Below are positions 15,663 to 20,944 of a stretch of DNA of 20,944 nucleotides, piece after piece (within the stretch, counting starts at the first letter, position 1; every line of letters begins with the position of its first letter). The notes under the pieces are model-generated. The model did not search any database. It was not told the origin of the DNA and saw only the letters and a list, made by a program, of their open reading frames with translations. This DNA comes from a virus (Duplodnaviria > Heunggongvirae > Uroviricota > Caudoviricetes). The stretch is taken from IMG/VR virus record IMGVR_UViG_3300008255_000105; one strand, given 5' to 3'. The translations under genes were made by a program, and so were the position numbers.

Positions 15663-15894
15663 TTTTCTTCTCTCCCTCTAGATAATCAGTTAGCACTTTG
15701 GTTGATCTAGCCAAACTTGTGACTGTTTTCGTTAATTCTTCAATTTTTTTCAAATTGTCAGAAATTTGTTTTTTTCTAATTTCTTGCAAATATTCTAATT
15801 CAAAGACACGATCTGAAAGAGAATTTATTGTTTCTGTGTTTATTCTCAACTCTTTTTCATTCTCAAGTCCTTTATCCCTTGATCTTCCCCACAT
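15652..15894 (-). CDS. Hypothetical coiled-coil protein, 80 aa
   Basis: ORF track; GAGGA RBS. Confidence 0.7.
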   Translation of the reverse strand: MWGRSRDKGLENEKELRINTETINSLSDRVFELEYLQEIRKKQISDNLKKIEELTKTVTSLARSTKVLTDYLEGEKKNES

Positions 15895-15908
15895 TATGAT
15901 TCCTCTCT

Positions 15909-16187
15909 TTAAAACAAATCACCATTTTCTTCACATTTTATGTCTTCATAATCAGCAGCATATCTTCGATAAAACTCTTGTTTAATATTTTCGAGCACAC
16001 CAGTTATCATCGCAATTTTTGAATACTTCGGAGTGCCAAAAGTTTCTAACAAAACTTTTGTGAATGAATAATTAATTAAACCAAGATAATTAATTGGAGT
16101 AAAATTAGCTTCTTTTTCAATTGCATCAGCTAGTTCTTTAATTTTTGGGTCAAGGTTTTCTCTCTGCTCTTGTTTGATGTATGGCAT
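15909..16187 (-). CDS. DUF6899-like phage protein, 92 aa
   Basis: MPYIK...GLINY...GVLENIKQEFYRR...YEDIKCEENGD pattern, from recall. Confidence 0.75.
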   Translation of the reverse strand: MPYIKQEQRENLDPKIKELADAIEKEANFTPINYLGLINYSFTKVLLETFGTPKYSKIAMITGVLENIKQEFYRRYAADYEDIKCEENGDLF

Positions 16188-16219
16188 TTTTATCTCTTTC
16201 TTAAAAAAGGGGGACTGAT

Positions 16220-16357
16220 CTAACCAATTCTTTTTTCTGCTTCTAGTTGTAGAAAAAACTTTTTGAAATCATCAGATACAACCGCTCCTTAACATATTCA
16301 TAGCATTAAAAGTCTTCGGTGAAATCCTTTGAATTATTCTAATATCTTTGACACCAT
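16220..16357 (-). pseudogene. Possible degraded small gene
   Basis: GGAGG-N6-ATG 16357 (MVSKILE*) and a same-frame tail VVSDDFKKFFLQLEAEKRIG* with three internal stops; competes with a different open frame over the same DNA. Confidence 0.3.
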
Positions 16358-16400
16358 CTCTTGCCTCCAAAATCTTTCCTTCTTTCCAGATGAAAATAAC

Positions 16401-16817
16401 TTAGTCTCCTTGTGTCCAGATTACTTTAACAAGCTTGTTTGAATAATTATTTAAAACGAAATCGCCACGAAGCATTAAGTCACATCTGGGACAATAAAAC
16501 ATTTCAATAACATCATGGAATCCTTATCGACTCCACCGATCATAATTAGACAAGGATGAATTAAAAACAAACTCTTTATGTCGGCAATCTTCTCTTGGTT
16601 CTTTGTTTAAAAACAACTCTTCCATCCAAAAATAAAGAAATGCCATAGCTTCTAACAATTCATCTTCTAGGATTTCTTTTGCAATTGGTCTTTTGTCATT
16701 CATAGCTGAAATTATATTGCCGACTTGATTAATCAACGCTGCGAGTTTTAGGTTATTAGAAGATCCTCTAAGGTACTCTGTGTCTGAAATTAGATTTTCC
16801 GAAGAAGTTTTATCTAT
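16401..16817 (-). pseudogene. Zinc-binding-type protein interrupted by in-frame TAA at 16524-16526; probable start ATA 16817
   Basis: One frame: IDKTSSENL...EDCRHKEFVFNSSLSNYDRWSR*GFHDVIEMFYCPRCDLMLRGDF...QGD*; CxH and CxxC fall on either side of the stop. Confidence 0.5.
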
Positions 16818-17160
16818 TCATCTTTTCCGCAAACACCTCAAAATCGAACTTTGTTTGTCCTTGAAGTTCAAGTTGTTCGAAACGATCTTGAAGATATTTT
16901 GAGTGAAGTTCGGGATCTTCACCCAGATCCAAAACACTATATACTTCATCATAATGATTAGCTGATAACCTTTGTTCTGCTAATTCATCGGCACGCAAAA
17001 ATGCTTCATGTTCATCAAACGCTGCAACTATAATAACTTCTATTTCTGATGTTTTTTCTTCCGCAAGCTCACCATTTTCATCAGTGTATTCATTAACACA
17101 AACAGATTCTAAAACTACCTCAAATGCGTGCTTTATTTTCTCACAGGCTAAAGCTTCCAT
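16810..17160 (-). CDS. Hypothetical acidic protein, about 116 aa
   Basis: ATG 17160 follows the 39-aa gene; ORF-track start 17214 overlaps that gene. Confidence 0.75.
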   Translation of the reverse strand: MEALACEKIKHAFEVVLESVCVNEYTDENGELAEEKTSEIEVIIVAAFDEHEAFLRADELAEQRLSANHYDEVYSVLDLGEDPELHSKYLQDRFEQLELQGQTKFDFEVFAEKMNR

Positions 17161-17165
17161 TTTAT

Positions 17166-17285
17166 TTAATTCTTCTTTTCTTTTTTTTGTTTTTTCTTCC
17201 AGATCTTTAAGCATTGTTTACAATCTGAAGTAGGCTTTCTGATCGCCTTGTAATATGGATGATCCTTGCATTTTAATTCAATCAT
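17166..17285 (-). CDS. 39-aa putative zinc-binding microprotein (CxxH...CxxC), below ORF-track cutoff
   Basis: AGGAGG RBS; MIELKCKDHPYYKAIRKPTSDCKQCLKIWKKKQKKEKKN. Confidence 0.8.
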   Translation of the reverse strand: MIELKCKDHPYYKAIRKPTSDCKQCLKIWKKKQKKEKKN

Positions 17286-17323
17286 TTGTTTCCTCCTGCC
17301 TTACGGATACGATCTTGTTTTGT

Positions 17324-17351
17324 ATTATACCCGAGCCCCTGGGGGTTTTGG
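17324..17351 (-). promoter_or_regulatory. Putative promoter P3: CCAAA-ACCCCCAGGGG-N6-TATAAT
   Basis: Minus strand ccaaaacccccagggg ctcggg tataat; 12 of 16 upstream positions identical to P2 at the same distance from TATAAT. Confidence 0.65.
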
Positions 17352-17363
17352 TTTTGGATTTAA

Positions 17364-17573
17364 TTAATTAGATTTCGTTTGAATAGTATATTTTGAATTT
17401 GTATTGTTAAGCAATTCCTTAATTTTATCAATCGAATCCATGTTGACAATCACCACATCCCAAGAATATTCTTCACCATCCATAACAAATGATTTTCTCA
17501 CTAAAAAATCACGACTGCTCACTTCGTTGCTGTGAAGATAATTCCTCACATGTGTTAGGCTTTCAAACTTCAT
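17364..17573 (-). CDS. Hypothetical protein, 69 aa
   Basis: ORF track; overlaps upstream stop. Confidence 0.7.
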   Translation of the reverse strand: MKFESLTHVRNYLHSNEVSSRDFLVRKSFVMDGEEYSWDVVIVNMDSIDKIKELLNNTNSKYTIQTKSN

Positions 17574-18111
17574 GGCGTTCCCTTCCCATTCTTGCTAACT
17601 CTTTTAGGTTTAGAGAATACACCTTTTGTGATCTAGCATTTTCGTCAATTTCTCCGAACTCTTCTTTTAAATATCCAGAAAGCTCAACAATAGGATTAAA
17701 ACGATCTTCTTCAGGATATTGATTTAAACCATTTTTATCTAATAATAAAATATCGTCATCAAAAGAAACAGAAATATCAAATTTAACTATTTCAAATCCA
17801 AATTTTTCACAAAGAATTTCAATTGTTCGATCTTCGAGTTCACTAAAAATAAAATTAGGACCAAATTCTAAATCTATCTTTGCCGATTCTATTTGATAAT
17901 CATCGAAAAACCTATCTTTGTTTTCGACAATTGACTCATTTAATTTTATTTTCTTTTTAATTAATTCTTTTGCTGCTTGTGAAACAGAAAATGATAAACA
18001 CTGGTCAAATGATTGACTAGAAAATTTCTCCGTGTGGATTAAAAAAATTTTATTTCCAGATTCGACATCAAAATGCCCAATTGAATAAAAGAAAACACCG
18101 TTTCTACCCAT
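17563..18111 (-). CDS. Hypothetical protein, 182 aa; paralogue of 18104-18709
   Basis: ATG 18111 overlaps upstream TAG; FFYSI..KFSSQSF..ESAKIDL..ILCEKFGF motifs shared. Confidence 0.8.
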   Translation of the reverse strand: MGRNGVFFYSIGHFDVESGNKIFLIHTEKFSSQSFDQCLSFSVSQAAKELIKKKIKLNESIVENKDRFFDDYQIESAKIDLEFGPNFIFSELEDRTIEILCEKFGFEIVKFDISVSFDDDILLLDKNGLNQYPEEDRFNPIVELSGYLKEEFGEIDENARSQKVYSLNLKELARMGRERHEV

Positions 18112-18709
18112 TTCTCTTTCTTCTCTTTCTGCCTGCGTCTTTGCCTTTTTCAAATAAAGAAAGCCTGAATGCATGAAAATCTTCATTTTGTGCTTGCATG
18201 TCAACTTCACCGAAAACATTTTTGATTTTTTCTGATAATTGTATCGTAAGTTCCCCGTATTCCCCACCAACATAATCGCCTATTCTTTTTGTCAATAAAC
18301 CAGTGTTACCAGATATCTGAATTTCAGCATCTGGTGCCATCATTTTAAATCCGAATTTTTTACACATCAATTCTGATAAGCAATCGATGATATCATAAAT
18401 AGTTGGGTTTATACCTTTTAATGTGACTTTTGCAGATCCTACTAAAAATTCATCTTTATCGTCTTTAATAATCTTTTCGAGTCTTATTTTTTCTTCAACA
18501 AGTTTTTTTCCCATGGACTTGCTGGCTGCTACACAAAACAACTCAAAAAATTGTTCTTGCGAAAACTTTAATTCATGGTAAAAATGAAAAGTGTCACTAT
18601 CTGGATAAAAATCAAGGCAAATTTCATAAAAAAATCTTTCTACTCTTTCAGGTTGATCTGTTAATTCACCCACAATTTGCTGAATGTTTTCAACTTGCTC
18701 TTGTGTCAT
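18104..18709 (-). CDS. Hypothetical protein, 201 aa; paralogue of 17563-18111
   Basis: ORF track; GGAG RBS; FFYEI..KFSQEQF..GSAKVTL..LMCKKFGF. Confidence 0.85.
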   Translation of the reverse strand: MTQEQVENIQQIVGELTDQPERVERFFYEICLDFYPDSDTFHFYHELKFSQEQFFELFCVAASKSMGKKLVEEKIRLEKIIKDDKDEFLVGSAKVTLKGINPTIYDIIDCLSELMCKKFGFKMMAPDAEIQISGNTGLLTKRIGDYVGGEYGELTIQLSEKIKNVFGEVDMQAQNEDFHAFRLSLFEKGKDAGRKRRKRNG

Positions 18710-18840
18710 TCTCGGTCTCCACTGTTGACATTTTCACAATATTCTTTCCAAATTTTATTCATTTCGATTCTTTTTTGAGGTCCATCAACGTTCTCAACGA
18801 ACTCACCATTTTTTAGTTTTTCAATGGCATCATAACTCAT
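18706..18840 (-). CDS. 44-aa small protein, below ORF-track cutoff
   Basis: MSYDAIEKLKNGEFVENVDGPQKRIEMNKIWKEYCENVNSGDRE; ATGA overlaps at both ends. Confidence 0.75.
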   Translation of the reverse strand: MSYDAIEKLKNGEFVENVDGPQKRIEMNKIWKEYCENVNSGDRE

Positions 18841-19058
18841 GGTGATTCCTTTTGTCCCTTTTCAATATTTGCTTGTTCAATTAATTCTTCTCTTGTTTCA
18901 CATCCATAAAAATACATTGTTTCTTGTTCAGCAAAGAAAATTATTTCACCGCAGCTAAAACATTCAAAAGCATCAATATCATCCCCAAGTGGATGGTCGC
19001 TCCCGGCAACATAGTTCATTTGGCCGCATTTGGTGCATGGCTCTTTGTAGATCGTCAT
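18837..19058 (-). CDS. Zinc-ribbon protein, 73 aa
   Basis: CTKC...CFSC; GAGGT RBS. Confidence 0.8.
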   Translation of the reverse strand: MTIYKEPCTKCGQMNYVAGSDHPLGDDIDAFECFSCGEIIFFAEQETMYFYGCETREELIEQANIEKGQKESP

Positions 19059-19073
19059 CTGTTAACCTCACCT

Positions 19074-19433
19074 TCAGAACGACAAGTCATTGAAAAAAAG
19101 ATAATCTTTCATATCAATATCCTGGCAAAATTTTTCTTTATGAGTTTTTGAGACTAAAAATTGTCTATACATTTGAGTGTCCCATTGTAGTGCGATAAAT
19201 AAATAAAAGTTGGAAAAATCTTTTATTTTCCAACTTTTTTGTTTTAGTTGTAGATACTCTTCAGAATCTAAATAGTTAGAAATTAAGATAGACCAATAAA
19301 CCGACCCTTCAAAAATTTTAACCCCTCTTGTCTCTGAAAAATAGATACCGTTTTCGATAGACCCAGAAATGAATGGAGAAAAAAGCAAAGCGTTAGAGAC
19401 AAAAATAACACCTGTTTTTTTCATATCAATCAA
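19074..19433 (-). CDS. Hypothetical protein, 119 aa
   Basis: ORF track; overlap with upstream stop. Confidence 0.75.
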   Translation of the reverse strand: MIDMKKTGVIFVSNALLFSPFISGSIENGIYFSETRGVKIFEGSVYWSILISNYLDSEEYLQLKQKSWKIKDFSNFYLFIALQWDTQMYRQFLVSKTHKEKFCQDIDMKDYLFFNDLSF

Positions 19434-19797
19434 CCAGTTTAAGATGATCTTTTTTAGGAGTCTCTTTCTTTATATCTGAAAATAAATCTTTAGGATTGGG
19501 TTCTTTATCTGTGATTAACCATTTGAAAAGTCTTTTTGAATTTTTCTTTCCACAAATCCTACCTAATATAAAAAAGAATTCACACAATGCCCAGGTATCA
19601 TTTGTGATTGTGATGCTAGCTGCTGATTCTTCTCTTGAATTCTCTTCAATTTTTTCTATTGCGTTCAAAGCTATGCCTGTTAAATGCACAGCTTTTTCCC
19701 CGAATGTTTCTGGAATAACTTCATCAAAAATAACTTTCCCTGTTTCAATATCTTTGATTAAAATTCTATGTGGGGCTGTTACTATCTTAAAAGCCAT
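19426..19797 (-). CDS. Hypothetical protein, 123 aa
   Basis: ORF track; AAAGGAG RBS. Confidence 0.8.
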   Translation of the reverse strand: MAFKIVTAPHRILIKDIETGKVIFDEVIPETFGEKAVHLTGIALNAIEKIEENSREESAASITITNDTWALCEFFFILGRICGKKNSKRLFKWLITDKEPNPKDLFSDIKKETPKKDHLKLVD

Positions 19798-19874
19798 GTT
19801 TGGCTCCTTTCTGCCCTCTGGCCAAATTCAAGTCTATCGCTTTTCTCGCCCAGGAGGAAAATCATTGTGTTCAT

Positions 19875-20888
19875 TCAGTCTATGTTTAATGTCCAGATTG
19901 CCTTGGGATTAGCTTCCCAGCTTCTGCAAGTTCTAATTTCGTAATTACCCATTGGTAAGAATGTTGTTTCATGTTCTGGATGATCGATATAGGTCCCATT
20001 CTCAACAATTATACGACCTAGAACATATTTATCTTTTCCGCTGACTTCTTGGAACGGTAATTGTTCTCTAAACAAATGCGAATCATATGAATTTACAGTT
20101 TTTTCTGGAATTATTTCTTTGTCTGTTTTAACAAAAATCAAATCACCCTGTTGGGCAGCTATATGCTTGGCGTTGATGTTCCCAGCTATCCAGTTGTATG
20201 CTCTTGGAACCCAATTGTGAACCGGGTTGTAATCCCCGTCTTTTGATCTACATGGGTGTGTTCTGTGGAAGTGAACTCGTGTCCCTTTTTCTTTAAGTCT
20301 TTCAAAGATAATTAGGAAAGTTGGATAACCACGGCCTTGTGCTGTGCCCGTAAGGGTGTAAAACATTAATCCATAATCATCTCTACCGTTCAATTTCTCT
20401 TCAATATCGAACATGGCTGTATTGCCATTTAAAACAAATCCTCGTTTAATAACATTGTAGCTCAAGCTATAACAATAAACTGTTTGATATCCTCCAATTG
20501 CCAAAGAGGCATATGGAACTGTTACAATTTTATTTTCATTGTCTACAATTGGTGTTAAAGCGGACCTTTGTCTAACAACACCCGTCTCGTCTTCTTTGGG
20601 AGCATCCAATTCGTTTTCGCTATTGACAAGTTTCGGGAGGCACGTCCATGGATATCCTGTTTGTTCATTGAGATATTCAGGCAAAGCGTAAAGAATGAAA
20701 TAAAAATAACTCATCAAATCTTTTTCATAAGTAGTTCTTTTACTTGCCTCTTTCGCTAGTTTTTTCGTTATCTCTGGATGTTTTTCTAACATCTCTTCCC
20801 ATAGAACAAAATTGTCATTGAAAAGGAAATATTGTTCATTTTTTTCAGATTTGAAAAAGATCCTAAGTGGGATTTCACCTTCGGTCAT
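19875..20888 (-). CDS. Hypothetical protein, 337 aa, His-rich C-terminal domain (QGDLIF...H...HPEH..LPxGxYEI)
   Basis: Long ORF; motif seen in the translation. Confidence 0.85.
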   Translation of the reverse strand: MTEGEIPLRIFFKSEKNEQYFLFNDNFVLWEEMLEKHPEITKKLAKEASKRTTYEKDLMSYFYFILYALPEYLNEQTGYPWTCLPKLVNSENELDAPKEDETGVVRQRSALTPIVDNENKIVTVPYASLAIGGYQTVYCYSLSYNVIKRGFVLNGNTAMFDIEEKLNGRDDYGLMFYTLTGTAQGRGYPTFLIIFERLKEKGTRVHFHRTHPCRSKDGDYNPVHNWVPRAYNWIAGNINAKHIAAQQGDLIFVKTDKEIIPEKTVNSYDSHLFREQLPFQEVSGKDKYVLGRIIVENGTYIDHPEHETTFLPMGNYEIRTCRSWEANPKAIWTLNID

Positions 20889-20944
20889 TGCTTGATAAAG
20901 AAGAGGAAATCTTGATTCTGAAATATCGATTGAATCAATGTCTT

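Noticed and set aside
5833-16817. RIP- or deaminase-type CpA-to-TpA signature in the lesions
   Set aside because: CAA-to-TAA and ATG-to-ATA are CpA transitions by necessity, and ancestral codons are unknown, so the context carries no information
6890-18720. Shared 11-mer GGAGACCGAGA before ATG 6888 and ATG 18709
   Set aside because: Mostly explained by the GGAGA RBS style used throughout; only two copies
2033-20759. Other plus-strand or nested ORF-track entries (e.g. 2033, 4007, 5583, 7239, 7644, 8262, 12296, 12888, 13258, 13734, 14374, 15698, 17489, 18924, 19496, 20568)
   Set aside because: Antisense or nested within better-supported genes, no RBS, and F/L/S/I-rich composition typical of shadow frames
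1-20944. Genome-wide stop-codon reassignment (code 15, 4 or 25)
   Set aside because: TAA, TAG and TGA all end genes at sensible positions with coupled downstream starts, and long genes are intact under code 11

Overview
AT-rich (roughly 30% GC by eye, not computed), densely packed, almost entirely minus-strand array of about 45 mostly small genes with bacterial Shine-Dalgarno sites and ATGA, TAATG or 8-nt start/stop overlaps. It is best read as an accessory region of a large bacteriophage genome; no structural, replication, integrase, tRNA or CRISPR features are visible. Recognisable products: two tandem HRxDGPA(V/I)E 23-aa repeat proteins, an HD-type phosphohydrolase, an R2K-like ATP-grasp protein, a PcfJ-like protein, a pyrimidine-dimer glycosylase/endonuclease V-like protein, an HNH nuclease, a GNAT acetyltransferase, and DUF5662-like and DUF6899-like proteins. 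Signals not shown by the ORF track: (1) four GC-rich intergenic islands sharing a promoter architecture (GC-rich pseudo-palindrome, 6-7 nt, TATAAT/TATCAT, no TTGACA), one built into a perfect 17-bp hairpin and one followed by a structured GC-rich leader; (2) three consecutive genes (HNH, a hidden paralogue, the endonuclease V-like gene) each broken at a 6-7 nt homopolymer and each rescued by one added base, one with a long hairpin at the slip site; (3) further hidden genes interrupted by in-frame TAA or with ATA at coupled-start positions; (4) several local paralogue expansions. The frame lesions could be consensus errors, gene decay or slippage-based regulation; the sequence alone cannot decide.
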